33,962 bases of DNA, taken from Paraglomus brasilianum (lineage: Eukaryota). A program made the translations under genes and the position numbers. Shown in pieces: positions 23,143 through 33,962 of this stretch. Position 1 is the stretch's first letter; each line of letters starts with the position of its first letter. The DNA lies in assembly GCA_910592345.1 (NCBI GenBank), contig CAJVPI010000348.1, positions 1 to 33,962 on the forward strand, written 5' to 3'. The notes beneath the pieces are model-generated. The model searched no databases. It saw nothing but the letters and a program-made list of their open reading frames with translations, and had not been told where the DNA came from.

Positions 23143-23786
23143 TTTCAGAATAAACTTTTCGTTCGAGATATCCAAATTCTGCAACTTTACGCTTTTCGTC
23201 TTGGGGAGGGAGGGTATATAAGGTCTAAATTTCCTTAAGGATACTTGATAGCTGATCTGCTGACCAGAGTCGCCGGTTCCTCGTAGATCCGAATCTTTTA
23301 CAAATTAATATTTAATGCTAGGTGATCTATGTAAAAACTGGGTTAAGGATTATGATTTGCGCCGAGGAAAGCCGCTGTAATGGGGGCCTAATTGTATATT
23401 AATTAATATTAGTTTCGCTATGTTTACGACAGCGGATCATTGCCCGAGTTTAGTAAAATAAACAATAACTGCCAAACTTTGTGGGAATAGTTGCGTATTG
23501 CTTGTCAGGATACACTAGCTTCAATTACGACCTTTAGGGTAGTTGAATTTTCGTTTCTTGTTTCCTCAAAAATCACCATGCCGCGCGCGGCATTTTGTAT
23601 ATATTTTATATCGTGAATTAAATATGATGAGATCTGAAAAATAATCATGGTCTATGACCGTGCTATTTGGTTAGACTGGCAGGTAAGAAACTAAACCCAT
23701 AACTATGTGAAACGAAAGACTGCATGGATGGCTCAGCGGAAAAGCAAAATAGAATTACGCGTCATTCGAGTATCCAATTACTTATA

Positions 23787-24310
23787 AGATAGATAGGGGT
23801 AATTTGGCGAATAGGGTAATTTGACGAATTACAGAATTATTATAAATTTTTGATAACGCACGATAATAATAATGGAGTCGACAAGGATCAAAAACAAGAA
23901 GATGTATACTTATTAATGTAAAGGCATTTTTCGACTATACAATTACATGCAAAATTGTATATACGTTATATATAATACGTGTCCATTACGTCGTTTAACT
24001 ATGTGTACATACATTGTACAAATGCTAGGTTAGCAGAAAGAAATGAAGGCTCAAAAAGGCGAGAGACGAAAATAATTTCTTTTTGTAATAGATTCGAATT
24101 CGCGCTTTTCGCTTTAAAATCTCGATTTTAAGGACCATTTACGCAACGGCGATTTTTGTACAATTCAATTTTGCAATCCTTTTCTATTTGCATTGCATCT
24201 ATTATAAATATGTTCTGTTTATTAACTCTGAATATCCAAAGTTATAAACGGGTTAATAAAATTTTCACTTAGTAGGAACTTTAACTTCGCCAAATTACCC
24301 CTGTCTGCCT
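23787..24310. mobile_element. MITE with ~25-bp terminal inverted repeats and TA target duplication
   Basis: TA|AGATAGATAGGGGTAATTTGGCGAA versus TTCGCCAAATTACCCCTGTCTGCCT|TA (3 mismatches, all transitions). A second internal copy GGGTAATTTGACGAA follows the left end. Confidence 0.8.
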
Positions 24311-25499
24311 TATGTTGTAAGCAATATTGGGCACGCGCGCGTGATAGACGGAGCCACTTTATTAATGCATTTGTGGTAAAGTGAAGATGGCAAGGCGGTT
24401 TCAACGTAGAATTAGAGTTTTACGTTTCTCCTGGTATATCAAGCTGGCCCCACCAAATTGCAATACCGTATTAATATACATACCACATCCACTTTTTTGC
24501 GTTCCCTCTTTACATTTGTCTAAAGTAATTCATCTTCACCTGTCCTTCTCGACTCACCGATATGATACTTTGCCGCAATGTCAACGTTCTTCATTCTTTT
24601 TCGCGACATATTTTTGGTGAAAGTACCTGAAACGCATTGTGCGAAGGACACGTGAACAATATAATTAAATGCTCTCCATTTAGAAGGAATTCACAGTATA
24701 ATGTTGTTATCCATTCTGGGTAGACGCGGGTAAGACGTTATTCTCGTTTTCAAGCACTTATTTGACACAATAAATTAGTGGCTTCGGGAAACAAAGGAAG
24801 AAGTAGACAGAATGTCTTATGGTAGAAGTTAATAGTAGACTTCAATTTTTCTGAATCTCAGTAGTCTTTATACCATATTCGTAACAAAAAAAATAAAATA
24901 AAATAAAATAAAATTCGACAGTCTTTTGCAATGTTCATATAAACTACCCGTTTTATTCACCATAGCATTGGTGGTGTTAAATTAATAAGAATATTTTCTT
25001 CAAAATTTTAGAGCTTGCTCAGATTGTTGTATACAAGGTACATGGTTAATTACAGATACAAAAAAAGTGTTCGTTATGCTGTTGTCTTACAAGAACAGAG
25101 TAACTATCGCTAGCACTGGGTCGTTATTATTGCATGTTGTGTTGTTGTTACTTGGTGCCGTATTATCAATGGGACTCTCTTTCTAACTTTCGCATATTAA
25201 GATACTATGATAACGTGCTGACAGTTTTCTATTGTTATTAAGATACCTATGGTTAGAACGATTTGCTTATTTGTTTTTTCGCCGTTAAGCAAGTTAATAA
25301 GCAGTTGGAGGTAATGAAGGCGAAATTCCAGGATTGTATGCATATTAATAGCATTAATTGGAAAGTTTAGTTGGCAGTCTGATGTAAGAAGTCTCAATTG
25401 CATATGGTAAGCTTAAAAAGGCATAATAATAATATTAACATCCTTATATTTTGTAATACTATAGCTGTTTATTGTATTATGTATGTATTTTTAGCAGTT

Positions 25500-26286
25500 T
25501 TAATCTGCGCACCACCGCACAAAATGAGTTGGACATTCATAACCGTGTGGATTCGTTGCCTTATATATCGGAAAAAAATTGCAGGTAAGAATTAACATTT
25601 GATGTGCAAATAGACTGGCAAATGTTCAAACTAGTAAATTTAAACATTAATGCTCACCAAATAATTCTGGTGATAGTCTTCGGCGTCGTAGAACACACCA
25701 GCCGCGACTATCTCAGTTTCGATGTTACTATTTTGATAAAGACTCTTATCACTCAAAGCTCTCTCTCGCACTTGTTCTGTCACTTGCTCGGCGATCTGCT
25801 TCTGTTCTTGTGAGTGGTAAAATATTGCCGATCGATATTGAGAACCAATATCATTTCCTTGCCGATATTTGGTGGTTGGATCATGAGTCTTATAGAAGTG
25901 TTCGACTAGTGTTGCATATGAAACCTTCTCGGGATCGAACTTGATTTGAATGCTCTCAGCATGTTGAGTGGTGCCACTACAGACCTAGACGGTATGGGTA
26001 GCAAATGAAAAACTTTGTAGAGTGACCGATGGCATGATCTTAAACCAAACACGCAACCATGTCACTAATATTTACCTGTTTATAAGTAGGATTTGGCACA
26101 TCCCCTCCAGTGTATCCAACTCGTGTCTCGATCCCCGCATCCTTAAACTCTTTCTTAAATACCTTCTCGACACCCCTATACATGGAAAACTTTGACATTA
26201 GCATTCAATCGAAAATACAAAATCTGTTGACCCGCAACGTACCAGAAGCAACCGGCAGCAAAAGTAGCACTCTCAGTGTTGGGCAT
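25500..26286 (-). CDS. MSRA: Peptide methionine-S-sulfoxide reductase MsrA, 176 aa, 4 exons (26286-26243, 26175-26076, 25984-25658, 25559-25500)
   Basis: AAGCFWGVE, VGYTGG, NPTYKQVCSGTTQHAE, HDPT...RQGNDIGSQYRSAIFY, FYDAEDYHQNYL, GYECPTH. Confidence 0.95.
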
Positions 26287-28321
26287 TGCTAATTGGCTTA
26301 GTTTCGCAGTTAATGGTAAGTTGGTGGCTTTCAAGAAATGAGAAATCTTACGTATACTAAGTAATCGATTGAGGTGTTTGCAAGAAATCATCGACTTCTT
26401 CCCTCTGTTTATATAAAGGATCAAATGTCTGACTAATCCAAATCATTTCTTGTAGACAATGATGCAATCATCTCCAGTTATGTATACTCATGTCCATCAA
26501 TCAATTTACATTCTGAGAGGTGATCGGCCGGTGGGTCACCGGTCATATCCGTATTGGATGATTTGTAAGGCTAGTATTACTATAAACCATCGAGACGTCA
26601 CTGCATCTAGGTCGATCAAATTGCTAAATATATACATTGATTAAAGTTCAACAGTGACAAGGTTTGAGGATGTGATAGCGAGACAGGGAATTCCAAAAAG
26701 ACACGCATAATAATGAGCATAGCCTAAACGAAGATCGTGTGGCATGCAGTTCGCCATTAAAGAAATTGTCAGGCGTAAGCTCAGCCGAACTTTTCATTAG
26801 CAATACTGGCACAAAACGTATCTTTTGATAGATTCCTCAGAGCATCGGGTATCGATTATGAATTCTAAAACAATGTGCTTACTAATCAAAACATCATGTA
26901 TTAATAACTAGCATGATCACCGTGGACTACAAGTCCTTAATAGAATTTATACCAACCGTTGCGAATTTTTAAGTTTAAAATTATTAATTATTAATTAAAC
27001 ATGGAATGCGCTCGCCTTCTACAACTATCCCAGTCACCATACTACTTTATCTCTCATTGATTCTACCGAATTAATTAGAGTACTCTTAGAATTTATTCCA
27101 TATCTTTTTCATGAACTTCCAGCAACACTCAACTCTTTTCTAATTTATTAGAAATTTGTTACAATAATTAACTTTGGACTGCTGATATAATTTGCTTTAA
27201 GAACTTTTTGTTATCACGGCATGTACTGTACGCTTGGCATTGTTGTCTTGTCATTTCTATTCGAGAAAATCTTCAAAATTGGTCAGATTGGTCTTTATAT
27301 TTTTCAGAATGTTTGGCAGATTTGGCTTCATTCATCCTTTAGGTCTCGTCAATCAGTATATATTAAGTTTTTTAAATGAGTTAAATTAAAAGACCAAAGA
27401 GAAGAAGTTTTCTTTCGACTGATTGCTCTACACACATAGCGGCTTATTTCTTAGTATTCTTATTTCAATATTGATTAAATACTAAACAGGCGAAATTTCT
27501 AAGAACCTCGACGCTTGCTTCCACGTGTATGATATAAGTTTGCGGCAATTCTGTCAAATCTAGACATTATAAAGTAAGATGTGCATGAAGAAACAAACTT
27601 TGGAAAAATGAAGTTTTTTTTTTTCATTCATTTTACATAAGCCTCGTGATCAAAAGGGAACACTCGACTAGCAAGAGGTGGGGAAAATTATTGGTCAGTA
27701 AAACCTTCACTTTCATTAAGGGTTGCAGTAATATATGATTCGATTAACCCTGTTTATGTCAATGTTTGTCCCAAATAAGCATGCGAAAACTGGAGCTTTT
27801 GAAACAGCGTTAATGATAAGTCAAATAAACAAACTTAACTACGCGGTTTTTTGACAAACACCTTATTTACAGCGGTAATAAAACGTCAATAGTATGTAGA
27901 GATACATGGGCAAGAGACGCTACTGCGGACGCCATTTTAGTAAGATAATAATATGGTAAACCCTCTATTACCATGCCTTGAAATGGAGGAAAGCATATAT
28001 TTATATAGGGAAAGTTAGATAATTGACTATTTATTGTTGATTAAAATTTAACATATTCGACATGTTTATTGTTCTACAAATTCTGAGTTTTTTAAGCTTT
28101 ATTAGCATTATTATTATTATAGCCTCAATGTTATCGCTAGCTTCTTCTTTATAGGTAGTATATTTAATTGTTTTAAATCGGGATAATCCTCAATGATTAC
28201 TTTGCCAGTATAGCCTTGTTGCACAAAACAAACAGTAGTGATTTTTCTTTTAACACTTGCTAAATTGGCAAAGTCTTCTTGTTCTTGTTTAGCTTTTAAC
28301 TTTAATCAGTTATTTAGTCAA

Positions 28322-30158
28322 GAGGGTTTTCGTATTCTCTATCTGTCATAAGAAATGGTTACGTCTTTAATATAATATAATATTTTAAGACATTATGAAA
28401 ATTATATTGGTTTTGGACAAGTGATATTTTTAAATTTGTCTCTGACAAACGGACGAATATTTTTGTAAAGGTACTCTTGCCGTTTGTAATCTAATGGAGA
28501 CGGTGTTAGTATTAAAATGAAAAAAGCTCTGATTTCTCTGGTAATTTCCAAAACTCTTGCTTTTCTAGTTTTCAACAAATTATATTCAGTATAAGCACCA
28601 TTAGCAACCAGCTGGGCTTTGACAACTCCAGGTTGAGCTGCTTCAAATAGAAAACGCTGGTATTTTTGCAGACCATTCAATTTCTTAAAGAAAATCCCCA
28701 ACACAGAATCAAGATCCAAATATTGAAACCCTTTTCCATGGTCATAACACTGAGCTTTGTTTAATCCCGCTGTACTCGACCTTTTCACAACCTCAACAAT
28801 ATGATCCACGCAATCGACAGTTGTTTTGCGGTATAGTTTTTTAATCAGTCTGAAACTACCATCACACTTGAATTTAGTATGTCCAGGTATCATGAAATTT
28901 AATTCGATACTTTCATAATAGCCGCAAATTACTAAATATATGTAAAATCAAATAGTCGCATTGTTTTTATTCTGTCCACCTGCATTATCACAAGTAACTT
29001 TTAAATGCTTTTCACCTTTATTCAATCGCTTAATTCCATCAAAAACCATGCTCAGCGTGCCATCAGGACCTTTGCCGACAATTTTGTCTTCATCAAGAAC
29101 ATAATTAATTTGTTCGCGTACTGCTTCATCTTGAATACCAAACAAATGCACTTTACGCGGACTGAGATAATAAATTTTACTTACCTGTTGATCAGAATGG
29201 GGCACGTGAACATTTTGTGCCCAATCGTAACTGTAATGAGCAGTAGCGTCAATGCTGCAATAATCAGCTTTACCCCCTGTTACAACGTAATTATCATCTA
29301 CCAATTTTCTCTGTTGTTCTGCTAATTTCGTATTTTGTTGTAATAATTTCTCTCTAATTTAGCCTTAACTAAATGTTCTTTGAATTTTTTTAGTAAATCT
29401 TTCGCTTCTTCTTCCTTACGAGCATTATACTGTAAGCCGTTCCGAAAATGTTATCACGTGTCACATAAATCCGTTCTTAGACTCACGATTTGAATATAAG
29501 GTGTTAATTGGTGTCATAATTTGCGGAACGCATCATATTTTAATAATTTCAACGTGCTATCGTTCTCGAGACCTGCAATAAAATCGCGATAGACCGATTT
29601 ATAACTCGTTTCAGCTGGCAAAAGTGTAAGTGATTGAGTAATGCGATTGACATTTCTACCAGGACTTGGTCCATGAATTTCAGCATAGTTTTCGAGAAAG
29701 TTCTTCACAGCGGTAGCAACGGTTATATCAATGGTTATTTTGGTTTTCCATCGCGGCATTTTTTTTACATTACCATGAACACGCGGTATTATACCATTCG
29801 TCACTAGGTGATTTCTGACATTTTCGAAGTGAGTGTGACCAATTTCTAACATATTGAGATATGTATTTTGACAGAGGGGCGTATTGCGATCTCAGTAGTA
29901 AAACGTTTGCTTATTAGTACGCGTTTTCTTTTTAAGACGTCGGCTGGCGGTTATTTCTCCACCATTCATTGCTTTCAGTTGGACCATTAAAAATATGTCT
30001 TGTTTGTATCTAGGGAGAGCTTGAAACGCCTCACGTAACTCGGCAAACTTCTCTCTCGGAATCATTTTTGAGCAGCCACAATTACAACCTATCTCCAGGA
30101 AACGCATTGCTTTTTCATATTCAGTGGAGCCATTACATTTTAATTTGTTATTTATCAT
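28322..30158 (-). mobile_element. Inactivated DNA transposon, Sola-superfamily-like transposase
   Basis: Collinear ORF pieces with CNCGC, PRVHGN, RTDLCD, YDWAQN, YYLSPRKVHLFGI, CDNAGGQNKN and PGHTKFKCD (acidic catalytic triad pattern). In-frame stops and a frameshift. A possible GAG terminus lies at 28322; the matching TIR was not found. Confidence 0.7.
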
Positions 30159-30693
30159 TTGTGAACGCGATGGGCTAACACCGAGGGTTCATGCTCGGCA
30201 TCGCTTCATTATGGGCACTGTAGTAGAGGGTATGTGCGAAAAAAAAAGGAACTTTGAGCTGTATAAATACAAGTGAGCGATTGGTTACTCGAAACAGCAT
30301 GACGACATTCAAAAATTGATCACAAGCCACCAAAACGCCACAGTATCCAGTCCAAGAACTTGCAATTTGAGTAATGGGCAATGGCGCCAAGGCGAATATT
30401 GATATAATTGATTTGGCATATTAATGCCAACAAACATATCAGATCAGAATCGTGCCGAGCATTTGCGAGACTATTGAGCCGTAGTTTACTTATTACTATT
30501 TACTTTCCGTGATCTTTAAATGCGTTTTAGAGATTTTCTCACACAAAGCCGAGAGATTGTGAAAACGGCTTGGGTTCTGGCAACCTGATCCCAAATAGTA
30601 AGTAAACAATTACTTACTTGGTTAGCTTTCTTTTCAGTAGGCTTGGGTAATAAATAAACGATGATGCCGAGCTTCAAAAATAAATCGGCGCTC

Positions 30694-30750
30694 AATCCAA
30701 GACGTTTAATCCAAGACGTTAATATTAATCCAAGATGTTAATCCAAGATT
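30694..30750. repeat. Four copies of AATCCAAGAY(G)TT
   Basis: Directly visible 13-14 bp tandem units, embedded among several GCCGAG motifs. Confidence 0.8.
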
Positions 30751-31390
30751 TGCCGAGCTCAAACCATTCCGGAACTATATCTATATTCCAAAACATTCCT
30801 AGTCATCACGTCAAGGATTGGCGATAACCAAGCATACGGATATTTCTGCCGAACCGGCATAAAAGAAGTAATCTTGTCGAACATGACGTGAAACTTGAGC
30901 GCTTGTGACAACCAAGCCAAGATTACCAAGATACACCTTTTTTAGGTCCTACGTTGAAACCAAGTTAGCTACAGATGTCCTTGAATAACTCGCACTCTTT
31001 CCTTGTGTGTATATTTACTAATTTTTATATATTATTTTGTGTATTGTTGTAATATTAATGAAAAATTAATACAATATGCTGCTATACATCAAATAAAGTA
31101 TAAGGTAAGAAGCCTTGTATTGACTTCATTATTTTGCCAATAATAAGAAACACGGAAATATGAAGAAAAAAAATAATGGAGAAACCACCTATTACTGCTA
31201 AAAACTCGCATTCTACAACGTACATCACCTTTTCGCTGATATGATAAATAAAAAGAATAAAAATACATAGAAACAATTTTAATCTCGCGACATTTTATTT
31301 TCTTGAATAGAAAGGTATATTAAATCGAGTGCAGAGCACAAGCCTATAGACACGAACTTATGTAAATACAAATTGAAATGATAAACGTTC

Positions 31391-33024
31391 CTACTTTTTG
31401 ATAACTTGAAAGACCTCATAGTCATCGACACCGAAATAGCCGCTTTTGTCTCGAATTTTTCCGTAACGAAAGCCGGCAGTGCCGTAATTCGATTTGCATT
31501 CATGTGCCTCGTCAATTATTTTGATATCATAAAATCCAAAACATGGTCCCAGTTTCTCGCTGAGTTGTATAGCCTCTTTTGTATTATCTTCCGGGATACG
31601 CTCTACATTCGCTTTCCTCAGATCTCTACCGTCACCCATTGAAAATATGAAACTGTCTGAAGTTTCCCGCCACTCTACTTGTTTGGGACTACTCCACCCA
31701 ATCGGATTGTAGCCTCCTATTACTTCTCGCGGGCCTTTTTTATTATAATCGTCTTGTTTTTTGCCGTCTTGTTTTTTACCATCTTGTTTTTTGCCGTCTT
31801 GTTTTTTGCCATCTTGTTTTTTTCCGTCTTGTCTTTTTTCGTCTATTCTCACCACTACGATTGTTGGGCCTTTGTTATCGCACCGACTATGGAATGTTTT
31901 TGCTGAAAATCCATCGCGGCTACCTCGGTAGAGCAGCTTGAATCTATAGGACATTGGCATCAACCCTCTTAACGACATTCCCTCCGTAAGAGTCTTTCCA
32001 GCTATCCAAAGAGCAATAAGAGAAGCCTGTGAATTGGATATTATATTTGAATCTAATGGTCTGCTCGGCACTAAAAGATTTTCATGTTCTGGCAGCTGAT
32101 ACGGTACTTCAGAGAGGTGTCGGAATAATTCTGTTACTTGCGGATTCTTGTAGAATATTTTCTCGTATGGTTTGACTTTCTCTTGTAAGTGTGTGAGCGA
32201 AATCTGAGAGTATCTTATCAACGGAAGGCTTCGATTTAATGTCCGTCTTATTGCAACAAAATCCCTATAACTCCATTCGGATACATTATTTCGTATATTC
32301 TGTGTGTTGGCGATAGCCCATTTAATCAAGTAGTCCCAAATTTGGCCCTCTTCAAGGCATAAATTATCGCAAGTGAGAATGTATAGTAATGTACTCTCCT
32401 CAACAGATGTGAAATCGTCGGATTCAAAAAACCAACGCGGTTCTGCACATAATGTTCTTATACAATGATCCCGGAGTTTATCACACCAATCTCGTTTCAT
32501 GCATACATCCAATACTCGGGGAAGATTCTCTTTTACCCACTTTGTTCTTTCTCGAATAATATGTTCCTGTACTGGATAGATGAGTTCTTCTAGTAACATT
32601 TCATCAGCAGCTACAAGCAACCCAAACAGGTCCTCTCCTTCATAATCTTTGACGCTTAATGTGCCGCTGTAAATATATCTAAGAAGTACAAAGACAGCCA
32701 TTAGCGAAAGCGATCTATGGAGACAGGTCTAAGACGGGAACGATCTGTAATTCCGAGCTTAACAGCTTACTTTATTATAATCTCGAATACGTTTGGGGAT
32801 ATGTTCGGCTTTTCAAATATATATTTACCCCCTTGTGTTCTTGACCAACTGCTCGAAAGCGCGGTTCGAAAATACTCGGACCTAGCTCGCAAGACCACTG
32901 AGTGTGCCTCAAACGACTTTATTTCAGGCTGTTTGCCAACTTGAATAATTGTATTGAAATCATCAGCCCATTCCAGTAATCTGCTAAAGTTGTCGGAGAG
33001 CTGTGTGTAAAAGCTGAGCGACAT
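31391..33024 (-). CDS. BTB/POZ-BACK-TLDc domain protein, 513 aa, 2 exons (33024-32771, 32678-31391)
   Basis: BTB: FEAHSVVLRARSEYFRTALS, KPNISPNVFEIIIKYIYSG. BACK: EEGQIWDYLIKWA. TLDc: FKLLYRGSRDGFSAKTFHSRCDNKGPTIVV, IGGYNP, DSFIFS, GPCFG, DDYEVFQV. Confidence 0.92.
31751..31831 (-). repeat. Coding 15-bp minisatellite (QDGKK x5.4) inside the TLDc domain
   Basis: Units of CAAGAYGGHAAAAAA, in frame. Confidence 0.9.
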
Positions 33025-33367
33025 CTGATTAGGTTGAACTGTGAACTGCAATAAGCTTTGTAAAGAACTAGCTGTATTCATGCAAAGCCATCGATACATT
33101 ATGGGTGTTTCCATCGTACACAAAAAATTAAGCTGCCGCAGCGTGCACGTGTCATGCATGATGGACACACTCACCTGATTAAATTGTTGATCATTCCCAA
33201 TATGTAATTTACTGTACATGTGATTAATTAAACGAAGCGTCCGTTTTTAGCGAGAAATAGGTTTGATAACGAAGCTTTTTCTTGGAAACAAGATGGTCAA
33301 AGGTATGTGGAAAAATCTTCTATGTGATGATGCTTAATACAAGCTATGGTACAGATGTCTCGACGAA

Positions 33368-33442
33368 CCAGATTTTACTGCACACCGGCTTTTACTGCAC
33401 ACCGGCGATGCACCAGATTTTACTGCACACCGGCTTGATGCA
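33368..33442. repeat. Three copies of TTTTACTGCACACCGGC
   Basis: Identical 17-bp core three times; CCAGA and GATGCAC flanks are each duplicated. Confidence 0.9.
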
Positions 33443-33962
33443 CATTATTATCGATCAGTGTGATTGTCCGTAAATGTTTCATGTCTCTCATTTGCGTACT
33501 CGCACTCTTATCTATTGATTGGATCGGACTAGCGTTCTTGCGGTAGACCGTTCGAGGAAAAGGTCCAATACAGCTATTATTACAGAGAAGCATGTGGTTG
33601 CTTTCAAATTCGCATTTTTCTTTCGCCAACTTTTTAATATACACAGTAAAGTCCGCTTTAACGTAATAGTAACGAAGAGCCAAAAAACTTCGTTAATCAC
33701 GTGATATTCGTTAAAGTGGTATAGACATCTTTATTACTATTACATGGGGCAGACTCAGACAAAGTGATTATGATGTGGCTGTAAATTGACCAGTGTGACT
33801 GATGATGTTTTTAAAAGTAATATTCCGCCTAGGTAATGACTCATGTTGAGTAGTGAGAATATTTCGTAAGAGATATTCGACAGTAACCTCCCTCGACTGT
33901 AGTTGAGAGTGTTCATAATTAGTATTGCTGACTAATTCACTGAACCGGAGAGTAACACCGAT

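Noticed and set aside
15247..33024. Functional cluster idea (two cullin adaptors; MsrA with TLDc for oxidative stress)
   Set aside because: The genes are separated by unrelated housekeeping genes and TEs, and BTB-TLDc genes are a large family, so co-location is not evidence.
33368..33442. CRISPR-like appearance of the direct repeats here and at 30694-30750
   Set aside because: No unique spacers of regular length, no cas genes, and a eukaryotic context.
1..33962. tRNA, rRNA or snRNA genes
   Set aside because: No recognisable cloverleaf, T-loop or rRNA signature seen by eye; a covariance-model scan would be needed to exclude small ncRNAs.

Overview
AT-rich, intron-rich eukaryotic nuclear DNA. 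It is most likely from a Mucoromycota fungus of the arbuscular-mycorrhizal (Glomeromycotina) type, an inference from the BTB-BACK-TLDc gene, the pogo/Sola/LTR debris and the short GT-AG introns. By splicing manually I reconstructed ten genes whose reading frame stays intact: GNA1, a DCAF6-like WD40 protein, RRP40, mitochondrial bL9m, MsrA, a BTB-BACK-TLDc protein, a coiled-coil/RRM protein, a small zinc-ribbon protein, a Cys/Tyr-rich orphan and an unassigned 168-aa protein. Between them lie a solo LTR, several TA-flanked MITE/pogo derivatives, a dead Sola-type transposase and a CpG-erased pseudogene with a restriction-endonuclease-like (REase) domain followed by a kinase. The most unusual structures are: an inverted partial copy of the 168-aa gene next to the solo LTR (a possible hairpin-RNA locus); two different hypermutation signatures (CpG loss versus GG/CC changes with TGA at Trp positions); a PTS1-like AKL terminus on Gna1; and the Cys/Tyr-rich orphan. 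All exon models and family calls were made by eye, with no database searches.
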